A model generated the notes under the pieces. That model did no database searches. It was given only the letters and a program-made list of their open reading frames with translations, and was not told the DNA's origin. Shown piece by piece: positions 49,373 through 58,767 of a stretch of 64,000 nt of DNA. Source of the DNA: a virus. Taxonomy: Duplodnaviria > Caudoviricetes. How positions within the stretch are numbered: the stretch's first letter is position 1; each line of letters starts with the position of its first letter. Where the stretch lies: positions 21,611-85,610 of IMG/VR virus record IMGVR_UViG_3300022555_000031, one strand, 5' to 3'. The position numbers and the translations under genes are program-made.

Positions 49373-49409
49373 AGTAGATACGCCCGAATTAGAGTAGATA
49401 CGCCCGAAT
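49370..49409 (+). repeat. perfect 20-bp tandem duplication TAGAGTAGATACGCCCGAAT x2
   Basis: Read directly; overlaps the upstream stop codon. Confidence 0.9.
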
Positions 49410-49439
49410 AAATTTGATACGTTTTAGGGAGGATTCCAT

Positions 49440-51941
49440 ATGAACGGCATATTCGACAAGAACTCACACAGGCAACCGAATGAAACACTCGAGAACAAGG
49501 TTGCAAGAGCACAGGGTGCGAAGACATGGTTGGATGTTTTAATAGACGTAGGTAAGAGTGTTGTGGGGATGGAGAAGACGGCCAGTGCCAAACCCCAGGC
49601 GGAGGTTAAGAAGTTCGCCGACAAAGAGCAGTCGGTGATTAACGGCACCCATTATTTTGGCGGGGCCCGTAAGTTTGCCGATACGAAAGACAGGAAGATG
49701 GAATACATCATCGCTTCTGGTAAAGAGATTATCGGCAAGAAGATGGGAGAGCTTAAACTGTCTGGGGCGAAGGCCCTGTTCTTAAAGGCAGACATTAAAG
49801 AGTGGAACGAAGAAACCAACCAGCCCTCCGAAGGGGCTTTGTATTTTGATATAGCATTCCAAGCACCGACTGGCGACCCCAGGACGGTATCAGCGTCAAT
49901 CCAAATCAATAAAGGCCAGCCTCAGGAGCCGTCATATTTTTCAGATGGCGTAGGGAATAAGTATGCGTTCGATGCGAAAGGCATTGACGACCTTCTCCAG
50001 GGGACCGACTTTGAAGTGATGCAGAACCCGAAAGTAGACAGAGAGAATACCTTCTTTGAGAACCCAGGACATCTTGCTGGGTCTCGTGGAAGCATGCCGA
50101 TTAAAGTAGCTGGACGTGAAGGAATGATAAGGCGGGCGAGTATGGGGAAAGTTGCTACCGCACGTGAAGGTCTTATCAGGAAGATATCTGAGGAAGAAAA
50201 AGGCAAGGACGCATCCATGAAAGGTGTTTTCGGTGCGGGCAGGTTTAGATTTAGAAAGAAAACTCCGTCTGATGTCGGCGGGAATATGCCGTATCACAGG
50301 GAGAACAATATACCTTACGAACAGTTCGGGGCGAACGAGAATGACCCCGATGCGTTGGCAGGCAAGGTTTGTCCTGTGGCGAGTGTAAGAAGGAAAGCTG
50401 GCCCGACAAACGACAGGGTGGATGTCCGTGTTCCAGTGGAATCAACGATGCCCACACGCCCAGAAGACAGGGAGCCTGGGAAAGAATATCCAGACAAGAT
50501 GAAGGGAACTATTATCTATTTAAGCGTCGACAATGTGTCGACAGAAGAATTAACTGATGAAGCTAAGAAGAAATACAGGGACCAGGCGTCGCAGTATGGA
50601 GCCATACTGGAAGAGCAGTATGACGCAGAGACGAGGAAATACTGGCTCACAGTAGATACCAAGGGAAAAGAGAAGAGTGCGTCCGTCCAAAGAAAAGCAG
50701 AGGTGGACTCGGATATCCTAAGCGTTGAACAGCACCTTGATGTGAACGAGTTCAGGGATTTTCAGAACTTGCAAAAAGTCTCGGACGATATGTGGACGGT
50801 CATCAGGCAGAGGGAAAAAATAAACGAAGGGAAAGGACTTCCTTCCTACACGAATATAGACTACTCGGACATTAAACTGGTTGACAAACAGATACAGGAT
50901 TACGTTGACCAAGCGAAACAGAGGGCGGGTAAGGGCGAAGAGGCTGAAGTGAACAAGGGTGATGTTGAGATACGGGAACCCGAAGTTCCGAAGAAAGAAG
51001 AGAAGCCAGAAGGGAAACCCGAAGAAGAACTCCCAGAATCTGTCCTGACCCCAGAAAAGGGGAAGGGTAAGAAACCTGGTGAAGGTCTTCCAGAGTTTGC
51101 ATCAGCGAAGACAAGGTTCACGAAGAAAGCCTGGGACCCTTCTATCCCAGAAGGGATGTATAAATGCCCAGGGTGCGGGAAGATAAAGAGCAAAGACGAG
51201 ATGGGGCCCTATGACCTGTGCGAAGACTGCCAGGCTAATGGTGGGGTTCCTCCGAATGCTGGTGCGATGCGTGCTCCAGTAAAGAAAGACAAACCGCAAG
51301 AGGATGTTGACGCCTACGGAAAGATGGCGAGTGCCGACGTTGAGATTAAGGACATGACCAAGAAAGCAGTTACCTCTTGGGACTACCCGCAGGTCTGTGA
51401 GAATTGCAAGATGCTCATTACCCCGACGGGTTACGATGAACTTACCGAGATAGATATGCACAGGAAACCGTTCTGCGGAGCGATTGGTAAGGGTAAGGGC
51501 ATTGGTTTCGAGTTCGCCCACTTCAGGGAATGTAAAGGATATGACCCGATGTCGAAAGAAGTCGGCCAGGAAGTTGAGGTAAACGTCTACAAGAAACCCT
51601 ACCAGTTGCATAGGGTGAGTGGCCAGACTGAAAGGTTGATGGTTAAAAAGGCCAGCATGGACAAACTGGTAGCTGAACGGAAAGCTCACGCTACCGAGCA
51701 GATGAGAAGAATGGCCGAGGAAGCAGAAGGAACGGCTCATCCAGAGTGTGCAAAGTGTAAAGATTGCATACCCGCAGGTGAAGGCCATGTCGCTCACGAC
51801 TACTGCAAAGTATGGCAGACAGCGTGTTCAAATGTAGTTGTGATGCCGTCTGGGGCGTGTGTCCCAGTAAGTATCGCAAGCCAGAGCTCTGAAACGCAAC
51901 AGAAGACAACGGGTCAATTCAATAGGGGACAAGAGGTCTAA
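49440..51941 (+). CDS. modular head-region protein (833 aa)
   Basis: GGGAGG RBS; many K/R-x-A junctions, two REG motifs, Cys-rich mini-domains. Confidence 0.65.
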   Translation: MNGIFDKNSHRQPNETLENKVARAQGAKTWLDVLIDVGKSVVGMEKTASAKPQAEVKKFADKEQSVINGTHYFGGARKFADTKDRKMEYIIASGKEIIGKKMGELKLSGAKALFLKADIKEWNEETNQPSEGALYFDIAFQAPTGDPRTVSASIQINKGQPQEPSYFSDGVGNKYAFDAKGIDDLLQGTDFEVMQNPKVDRENTFFENPGHLAGSRGSMPIKVAGREGMIRRASMGKVATAREGLIRKISEEEKGKDASMKGVFGAGRFRFRKKTPSDVGGNMPYHRENNIPYEQFGANENDPDALAGKVCPVASVRRKAGPTNDRVDVRVPVESTMPTRPEDREPGKEYPDKMKGTIIYLSVDNVSTEELTDEAKKKYRDQASQYGAILEEQYDAETRKYWLTVDTKGKEKSASVQRKAEVDSDILSVEQHLDVNEFRDFQNLQKVSDDMWTVIRQREKINEGKGLPSYTNIDYSDIKLVDKQIQDYVDQAKQRAGKGEEAEVNKGDVEIREPEVPKKEEKPEGKPEEELPESVLTPEKGKGKKPGEGLPEFASAKTRFTKKAWDPSIPEGMYKCPGCGKIKSKDEMGPYDLCEDCQANGGVPPNAGAMRAPVKKDKPQEDVDAYGKMASADVEIKDMTKKAVTSWDYPQVCENCKMLITPTGYDELTEIDMHRKPFCGAIGKGKGIGFEFAHFRECKGYDPMSKEVGQEVEVNVYKKPYQLHRVSGQTERLMVKKASMDKLVAERKAHATEQMRRMAEEAEGTAHPECAKCKDCIPAGEGHVAHDYCKVWQTACSNVVVMPSGACVPVSIASQSSETQQKTTGQFNRGQEV

Positions 51942-53359
51942 TGCACAAGCCCAGGTCCTGGGGACAGATTTATTCGACGAGGGAGTCGAGCAAGGTTGCG
52001 GATAACCTTATCTCGCACTTGGCTGTATACGACCCCTACCAGCATCCAGATGAACCGATATGTGAGACTGGGGTATCGTTGAATGAAATACGTGGCAGGA
52101 TTAAGGACAGGCTTGATGCGGTTCCGAAACATTATATCAGCGAAAGAGCGAAGTCTCAGGCGATTAGATACCTGACGAGTTACGTCTTCAACACGATAGG
52201 CGAGCACGATAAACAAGTCAACGTGTTTGATTACATCGACCACTTCACCACTAAATACATTAAGGATAAAACCGAGACCTATTGGTCTGGGAAGCCCACG
52301 AGGAGCAAGATAAGGACCACAAAGTGGATGGATAAATATTTTACTCCGACCGAAGGCGACAAGGAAGGGAAGGGGCCGACAGCCAGTATGAGCGGTGAGA
52401 TGTTTAGAGAGGCCATTGATAAGGGCACAATGGTCTATGTCGGCCTCGACGGTGACGATATGGGTAAGATGGTGGAGGAGGGATTGCTTACCGACGACCC
52501 AGAAATTGCCAGCAGAATAAGTAGAGACATCCACAAGGCCCACGAAGAGATAGGGAAAGCCGTTAAGTCGGTTAAAGGCGAGGTGGTATTTGACGGTGGG
52601 GACAACATGCTTCTTTACGTCCCCTACGACGAAGACTTCTTTGAAATCTGCAGGAAAGCGTATCTTGATTGCACGACACACACAGTGACTATCGGTGTCG
52701 GAGAGAGACCGATACAGGCCCATTTTTCGCTGGTGTATGGGAAGAATACAGGGAAGGATAAGGTGGTTGTATTCTCCCCAGAGATAGAATCCGAGCTCAA
52801 AGAGATACGTGAGAAGCAGAAGGGTATTGGTGATTCACTACAGCAATTAAAGTACAAGGCCAACATAGGCTGGGAGTTGAAGTCTGTCTTGAAAGAAATC
52901 AGTATGCCGACGGATGATGAGGTGATTTACGCTACGCTTATCCAGTCGCTTATAGACTACGACTTGGACGATTTTATGAAGATAGGATTGTTCTACACTC
53001 AGCCGTCGGATATCTTATTCGAAAAGATTTGCAGTATGAGTTTCGAGGATGTAGAGAATCAACTTGAGAAAGTGTCTACCGAGTTACCGCTTGAAGAGCA
53101 CGTAAGGACTGCGGATGGCGGGGGCCCTTTCTCGAACGAGATAAGACATAACGATACCGAGAATCCAATCAGCCCAGTGAAGAAGAAAGTGCCAGGAAGG
53201 AAATACAACTGGCTGAACTGGGAGGATATGAATCCCGAACTTAACAAAAAAGAAAACAGTGGAATGGCTCCTCATATGAGAAGCCAGTTCTCTGACAATA
53301 TGCCAGAAAGCCAGTTTAGTATGGGTGGCGAACCAGGCAACGCTGTCGCACCCTACTAA
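51941..53359 (+). CDS. protein with a minimal CRISPR polymerase (mCpol) nucleotide-cyclase-like domain
   Basis: 52430-52773 encodes VYVGLDGDDMGK...VVFDGGDNML...VTIGVG...AHFSLVYGKNTGKD, matching the mCpol palm pattern. Confidence 0.8.
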   Translation: MHKPRSWGQIYSTRESSKVADNLISHLAVYDPYQHPDEPICETGVSLNEIRGRIKDRLDAVPKHYISERAKSQAIRYLTSYVFNTIGEHDKQVNVFDYIDHFTTKYIKDKTETYWSGKPTRSKIRTTKWMDKYFTPTEGDKEGKGPTASMSGEMFREAIDKGTMVYVGLDGDDMGKMVEEGLLTDDPEIASRISRDIHKAHEEIGKAVKSVKGEVVFDGGDNMLLYVPYDEDFFEICRKAYLDCTTHTVTIGVGERPIQAHFSLVYGKNTGKDKVVVFSPEIESELKEIREKQKGIGDSLQQLKYKANIGWELKSVLKEISMPTDDEVIYATLIQSLIDYDLDDFMKIGLFYTQPSDILFEKICSMSFEDVENQLEKVSTELPLEEHVRTADGGGPFSNEIRHNDTENPISPVKKKVPGRKYNWLNWEDMNPELNKKENSGMAPHMRSQFSDNMPESQFSMGGEPGNAVAPY

Positions 53360-53378
53360 AATTTAAGGAGGAAATACT

Positions 53379-55625
53379 ATGTCCCAAGTCTACGGTCTAC
53401 CCAACGAGCCCAAGAATGCGGAAGAGGGCGGTTTCTGGAAAAATCTTGCTGGCAAACTCAATCTGCCTTTTGAGAAATACGCCAGTGCCAACAAGGCGAA
53501 GGCAGGGCTGGATGCGTCACAGCGTTTAGCTTCGGGGTCCTTTACACCGATAGGTGTAGTGAAGCCCAGGGAGTTAAGGCTTGTGGCTGGAGGGACTGAG
53601 ATAACGGTAAAGACCTCCGCTACACAGAAGAAAGAACTTGAGGGGATGTTTAATAAAATTATCTCCTCACTGGCCTATATGGGTGACACCTTAACCAAAT
53701 CAGGTGTTCAGATAACCCAGGAAGACAAGGTGAGAGACATCAAGAGTTATATCGATGCAAGTGAAGCCATCAAGAGAGCGAAGGCTAAGATTAAAGATGC
53801 GGAAACGGCTATGGGCTCGCTTGAGCCGAAGCTGATGGAATACTTCAAGGCGTCTGATGCGGAAGTAAAAATACTCGAGATAGAGGCTGGATTTATCCAG
53901 TTATCAGAGAAGCCCGTGAGAGCGGTCCCTTCGTATAAGAATGTCGTGGAAGAGGTCAAGAAGAAACTGACCGACTTCAGCGACCTGATTGACGGCCTGG
54001 TAAAGAAGTATACTCCGAGCGGGACGAAAGAGTTTATTGATGTTCACCCGAGACAGGGTAATTCTATGCTCAGGATGAGAAGGGTTGCGATATCGCCAAA
54101 GGAAGCGGATGACGTAAGGGATACTATCAACGAGGCGGTAAACGACCTCAAGATAGCGAATAACCTGATACAGTTCTTGCTCGACGAAAGCGTATCAGCC
54201 GAGATACCTGGACAGCCGATGGAAGCACCGATGCCAGGGATGGACACTCCTCCTGACGTAAATCCTGAAATGAATCCCGAGATGAATCCTGGGATGAGCG
54301 ATGGAGTGATGCCAGAAGAAGCACTTGTCCCGATGAGCCCAGCACCGATGCTGGCCAGCCAGAAATACAGTTTGTTTAAGAAAGCCGATGGGCTCTGCCC
54401 GAAGTGTGAGGGCAATGGTAAGGTGATGGATGACGGGATTAACCACTGTGATGCTTGTGGCGGGACTGGCGAGGTGGGTGTTGGCGGACAGGCAGGGAAA
54501 TACGAAGTCTTTTATTCCGACGGGACTTCGGAGGTGTTAGATTTAACTGAGCCAGAACTCGACAGCATCAACGAAGATATAGGGAATGGTATCGTGAAAA
54601 CCGTATACATTGGCAAGACGGCCATGAAGAAGAGGGCGGATGGCACTCAGGGAACTTGGGATATCGAGAACTATAAGAATGTAGACAGGTGCCGTGACTG
54701 TGCGTTCTTTCAGTCTGACCCTGGAGGGTCTCACTTAAACAAGTGCCATGACTGTGTGCACTATAAACTTGGTGGCACGATAGACTACTTTACACCGAGG
54801 AGCGGACAGATTGTCACGCAAACCCCGACCTACAAGACCCCAGACACCGACAAGAAGGCGTTTGTTGGGACGATAGGGATGCCGAGGAAGGCGAATACTG
54901 GGGACGATAAATTGGCGAGAAAATTATTGGGAGAAGAAGAAATAAAAAAACATGAGAATGGCACCTGCAGGTGTGATTTAACAAATGGGGGATATGGGTT
55001 GTGTATGGCGGGGCAATGGTTGGAAGGGGTAACCACCTCGGAAGATGTTATTGGGGAGCTTGGCGAATCGCAACCAGAATCATTACCCAGGAGAGAAGGT
55101 GCCAAGAAGCCCAAGGTAGATGTCATCAAAACTCAAGATACAAGCCTTGAGGACAAGGTATCATTCAAGGGAACAATAGGGATGCCGAGGAAGGCGGAAG
55201 ATGTACCCCATGAAGTTGCTGGGACCTGCCCAGCCTGTGGCAAACGAAACACACTGCTTGTCACTAACGAGGAAAAAGAGTATGATGCGGATTTTGTTTG
55301 CGACAGGTGCGGTGTCTCTTCCCATTTTAGCGAATACGATACAGATGTTATCGAGCTGGAGGGTATGGCTGTTAAGGCGGATGTTGATTCTCTCCCAAAG
55401 CCAGTAACCTCTAACGCCGAAGAGAAAGAGATTCAGATGGGTATAGAGGTCGAGAAGGAGCACCAGGGGACGCTTGAAGAAATCGAAAGAGACGCCCTGG
55501 AAGGTCACCTTGAACCCATGGAACATTATCTTCGGGATATCGCCGAAGACCATGTCAAGAAAGAAATCAGCGACTACTACACCCGCCTGAAGAAGATGGA
55601 GGAAGAAGCTAAGCAGGGTTTTTAA
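53379..55625 (+). CDS. modular head-region protein (748 aa) with C-terminal DUF5661-like domain
   Basis: MGIEVEKEH...IAEDH..EISDYYTRLKKME; several Zn-binding mini-domains; KxA junctions. Confidence 0.65.
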   Translation: MSQVYGLPNEPKNAEEGGFWKNLAGKLNLPFEKYASANKAKAGLDASQRLASGSFTPIGVVKPRELRLVAGGTEITVKTSATQKKELEGMFNKIISSLAYMGDTLTKSGVQITQEDKVRDIKSYIDASEAIKRAKAKIKDAETAMGSLEPKLMEYFKASDAEVKILEIEAGFIQLSEKPVRAVPSYKNVVEEVKKKLTDFSDLIDGLVKKYTPSGTKEFIDVHPRQGNSMLRMRRVAISPKEADDVRDTINEAVNDLKIANNLIQFLLDESVSAEIPGQPMEAPMPGMDTPPDVNPEMNPEMNPGMSDGVMPEEALVPMSPAPMLASQKYSLFKKADGLCPKCEGNGKVMDDGINHCDACGGTGEVGVGGQAGKYEVFYSDGTSEVLDLTEPELDSINEDIGNGIVKTVYIGKTAMKKRADGTQGTWDIENYKNVDRCRDCAFFQSDPGGSHLNKCHDCVHYKLGGTIDYFTPRSGQIVTQTPTYKTPDTDKKAFVGTIGMPRKANTGDDKLARKLLGEEEIKKHENGTCRCDLTNGGYGLCMAGQWLEGVTTSEDVIGELGESQPESLPRREGAKKPKVDVIKTQDTSLEDKVSFKGTIGMPRKAEDVPHEVAGTCPACGKRNTLLVTNEEKEYDADFVCDRCGVSSHFSEYDTDVIELEGMAVKADVDSLPKPVTSNAEEKEIQMGIEVEKEHQGTLEEIERDALEGHLEPMEHYLRDIAEDHVKKEISDYYTRLKKMEEEAKQGF

Positions 55626-55660
55626 CAGCCAACGCAGGAGTAACGTCAGCCAGCGTTGGG

Positions 55661-56005
55661 TTGACAAGACGGGCAGATAACTTGGACTTAATTCAGAACG
55701 ACCAACCTATTGATAATGGGCCAAGACAGTTACTGCCAAGACATAGGAGACGGTTCAGAAATGAACCGCAAGGTCAGGATGAAACTATGTGGGATGGATT
55801 AAAAGGTGGTGGAGGATATGGTGGAGCCTTTAGAGGTGTTGGGACTGATAGCCCTGGAGACTGCGGTGTGCCAAATACGACTGCAAAAAGAAAAATCAGG
55901 ATGCGTCGGCCAGAAATTATCCCAGAGGAAAATCCTCTTGGAGACCAAGAGACAAGGGAAACGAAACAAACAAATTGGGAATTCGACCAGGTGGAATCCC
56001 GCTAA
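55661..56005 (+). CDS. hypothetical protein
   Basis: TTG start; fills the gap; start uncertain. Confidence 0.5.
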   Translation: MTRRADNLDLIQNDQPIDNGPRQLLPRHRRRFRNEPQGQDETMWDGLKGGGGYGGAFRGVGTDSPGDCGVPNTTAKRKIRMRRPEIIPEENPLGDQETRETKQTNWEFDQVESR

Positions 56006-56232
56006 TGGCTGACGAGCAAATTATACAGCCAAAGAAAAAGGAACCGCCGAAGCCGAAACCAGGTTTGTCGGATGAGGACAAGGATAATATACGTGGAGCC
56101 ATATACGATGTAGAGGTTAACTTGAAGAAGGTAGAGGACGCTGTCTACTACGTGGTGAACTCCTATCCAGATATCAATCTACAGCGGGCACAAGAGTTGA
56201 TGAAGGAACTACGGAAAGAACTCGGATTATAA
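56005..56232 (+). CDS. hypothetical protein
   Basis: TAATG overlap suggests a start at 56005. Confidence 0.55.
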   Translation: MADEQIIQPKKKEPPKPKPGLSDEDKDNIRGAIYDVEVNLKKVEDAVYYVVNSYPDINLQRAQELMKELRKELGL

Positions 56233-56251
56233 AAAAAGAAAATAATAAATA

Positions 56252-58438
56252 ATGTCACAAGGGAGACGGAACATGGTTGAGTCGATAGTCCCGAGCAACG
56301 AAAGGGGCCCAGAGATAATAGTCGATAACGTTAACCAATCGTTCATTGACATGCAGAAGACCGCTGGGGCCGACGGCGTTGTCAAATACAGTGCCAAGCA
56401 AAACCTCCCGCAAATCCCGAAGAGTGCGATGCGTAGGATGGCACAGGCCAAGGCCGACATATTCAGACAGCCAGCAAGTTTCTATCACCCATTATACGAA
56501 GGTATCAATCTTCAGTTACCAACCAAGACAAGGGAAATTAACCAGTGGTGCCGTCACTTTTACAAATGTCTCACCCCAGACACAATGGTTTTGATGGCAG
56601 ATGGGAGCACGAGTTGGATAACAGATGTGAAGATTGGAGACAATGTAATCACGCACAATGGAACCCCTGCAAAGGTTAACGAGGTCTTCAAGAAAGACAT
56701 AGAGGATGAGTTGTATGTTGTTTACACCAAGGGCATCTTACGGCCAATTAAAGCGACCAAACAACATCCTTTTTACGTTATAAAGAAAGCTACTGATGTG
56801 AACGTTGGGGCTCCTGTGTTCGTGGAAGCAAGGGATTTGCAGGTTGGTGATTACGCCTTATATCCGATAAACAACAATGATACTGTGGATGTGGAGAGGC
56901 ACATTAAGGCGTTTGGGAGCAATGTGCGGATACTTCGCAATGGATACATGTTGCATGAGATAGAGAAGATTGAAAAAGTAGGCAAGTATGTTGGCAAAAT
57001 TTATAACCTCAACGTTGAAGGTGAGTTCAATTCCTTTGTTGCGGGTGGCGTAATAGTTCACAATACCGACGCTATGGTCGGCACCGCTATAGATATTCAC
57101 AGTGAACTTCCGCTTACTGGTTTTACCAATGTGTGTGACGACCCTGCAATCCAAAAGTTTTTTGACATCATAGCGTTTGATGTCCTTCACCTCCCGAGCC
57201 TTTTAAGAGACATAGCTTTGGAGTATTGGAAGGTTGGGAATGTGTTCCCGTTTGGAGAATGGAACGAAGATTACGGGGTGTGGACCAGGTTCTCTTTGCT
57301 GAATCCAGACTTCGTAGAGGTTGAGAAATCTCTTCTTATTGACCACCCTATAATGAAACTGGACCCAGATGACAATCTGAAGAGAATTATTACAAGCAGG
57401 CAACCGAAGGAACTTTATGAACAACTTGCCAAGATAGAGGACGGTGCGATAGTTGCATTGATAGCCAGGGGAGAAAAGGTCCCACTGGATAACGACCATG
57501 TTTCGCACATCGCTCATAAGCTGGCATCATATGAGACCATTGGAACCCCGTTAATGTTCAGGGTGTTCAAGCCTCTCATATATAAGGATTTAATCAGAAG
57601 GGCACAGATGGCGATAGCGGAAAGGCATATCACCCCGCTTAAACTCGTTAAGGTTGGTTCGGACACGGCCCCAGCGACTCCAGATGCTATCACAAACGTC
57701 AGGGAGAGCCTGGATTCACTTGGCTCCGATTTAAGTGCGTGGTTTGTTTATCACCATGCTATATCGGTTGAATATGTAGCGTCCAGTGGGCACGTGATGC
57801 CATTGAATACAGAGTATGACTGGATAGAAAAAGAAATGTTAATGGGTCTCGGAATCAATAAGGCAATACTTATCGGGGAAGGCCCTACGTACGCAAATGC
57901 CTCAGTGGGTTACCAGGTTCTTGTGAGCAGGTATATAAAGTTCCAGAACATGCTTATAGACTGGATTAAGACCTTCGTCTACAAGAGAATCGCAGAGGAA
58001 CAGGGGTTTTATAGGGTCGACCGTGTCAGTGGGTTAAAGGAATTGATAATCCCTGATGTCGAGTTCGAGTTGATGAGACTGAAGGAAGACGCTCAGTTAA
58101 GGAATCTTTATTCAGGAATGGTCAAGTCTGGGCTCATCAGCAAGAGGACGTTCTATGCGAATCTTGGAATCAATTACGAGAAAGAAACACGCCAAATCCA
58201 GAAAGAGAAACTGGAAGAGAAGCGGATGAAAGAGATAGAGAAGGGCAAGGAACCGCCGAAACTTGGTCCTGGGGAAGATATGGGTCTGGGGGCTCCAGGC
58301 GGTATGGGTGGTGGCATGGGTGGTGGGATGGGCCTTGAAGAGGCACTTGATGGCGGTCCCGCAGGTGGTGACTTAGAGGGTGATAGCGGAGCCCCAGGCG
58401 GTATGGGCGGAACTCCTCCAGCACCAGAGGTGGCATAA
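56252..58438 (+). CDS. portal protein (intein-containing)
   Basis: Precedes the gpF-like and protease genes; about 560 aa after splicing; GNVFPF, LNPD.VEV and AQ.AIA.RH.TPL patterns; Gly/Pro-rich tail. Confidence 0.75.
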   Translation: MSQGRRNMVESIVPSNERGPEIIVDNVNQSFIDMQKTAGADGVVKYSAKQNLPQIPKSAMRRMAQAKADIFRQPASFYHPLYEGINLQLPTKTREINQWCRHFYKCLTPDTMVLMADGSTSWITDVKIGDNVITHNGTPAKVNEVFKKDIEDELYVVYTKGILRPIKATKQHPFYVIKKATDVNVGAPVFVEARDLQVGDYALYPINNNDTVDVERHIKAFGSNVRILRNGYMLHEIEKIEKVGKYVGKIYNLNVEGEFNSFVAGGVIVHNTDAMVGTAIDIHSELPLTGFTNVCDDPAIQKFFDIIAFDVLHLPSLLRDIALEYWKVGNVFPFGEWNEDYGVWTRFSLLNPDFVEVEKSLLIDHPIMKLDPDDNLKRIITSRQPKELYEQLAKIEDGAIVALIARGEKVPLDNDHVSHIAHKLASYETIGTPLMFRVFKPLIYKDLIRRAQMAIAERHITPLKLVKVGSDTAPATPDAITNVRESLDSLGSDLSAWFVYHHAISVEYVASSGHVMPLNTEYDWIEKEMLMGLGINKAILIGEGPTYANASVGYQVLVSRYIKFQNMLIDWIKTFVYKRIAEEQGFYRVDRVSGLKELIIPDVEFELMRLKEDAQLRNLYSGMVKSGLISKRTFYANLGINYEKETRQIQKEKLEEKRMKEIEKGKEPPKLGPGEDMGLGAPGGMGGGMGGGMGLEEALDGGPAGGDLEGDSGAPGGMGGTPPAPEVA
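56567..57064 (+). mobile_element. mini-intein (166 aa) in portal
   Basis: CLTPDT... block A; ATKQHPF block B; IYNLNV block F; VIVHN/T C-terminal junction; no endonuclease. Confidence 0.9.
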
Positions 58439-58767
58439 TGGCACACGAACCGATGTTGGATTATAAGTTGCTCGAGCAATTCTCTTTCCAAGAGGTCATT
58501 AAGATGACCCAGGATGCGGAGGCGAGAAAGAAATTAACCTATCGCATGGGGTCTACTCCTCAGGGGAAGTATGGAAAGATGGTCGACTACATTAAGTCTA
58601 AATATGGTAAAGAAGTTTTTGCCGACAAAGTTGATAAAGTTATCAGGACGTTCTTTGAGGATAAAATAAACATCCTATTGGATGCTCCTGAAAAGTACGA
58701 CGGGCAGGCCATGAAGATAGACTTTGCGGATTTGTTTAAGAGACTCTCTGAACCCGAGGTGAAGTAA
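58438..58767 (+). CDS. hypothetical protein
   Basis: TAATG overlaps at both ends. Confidence 0.65.
   Translation: MAHEPMLDYKLLEQFSFQEVIKMTQDAEARKKLTYRMGSTPQGKYGKMVDYIKSKYGKEVFADKVDKVIRTFFEDKINILLDAPEKYDGQAMKIDFADLFKRLSEPEVK

Noticed and set aside
55625-55662. Imperfect hairpin (CCAACGC/GCGTTGG) before ORF 55661
   Set aside because: Short stem, long loop and no U-tract; insufficient support for a terminator
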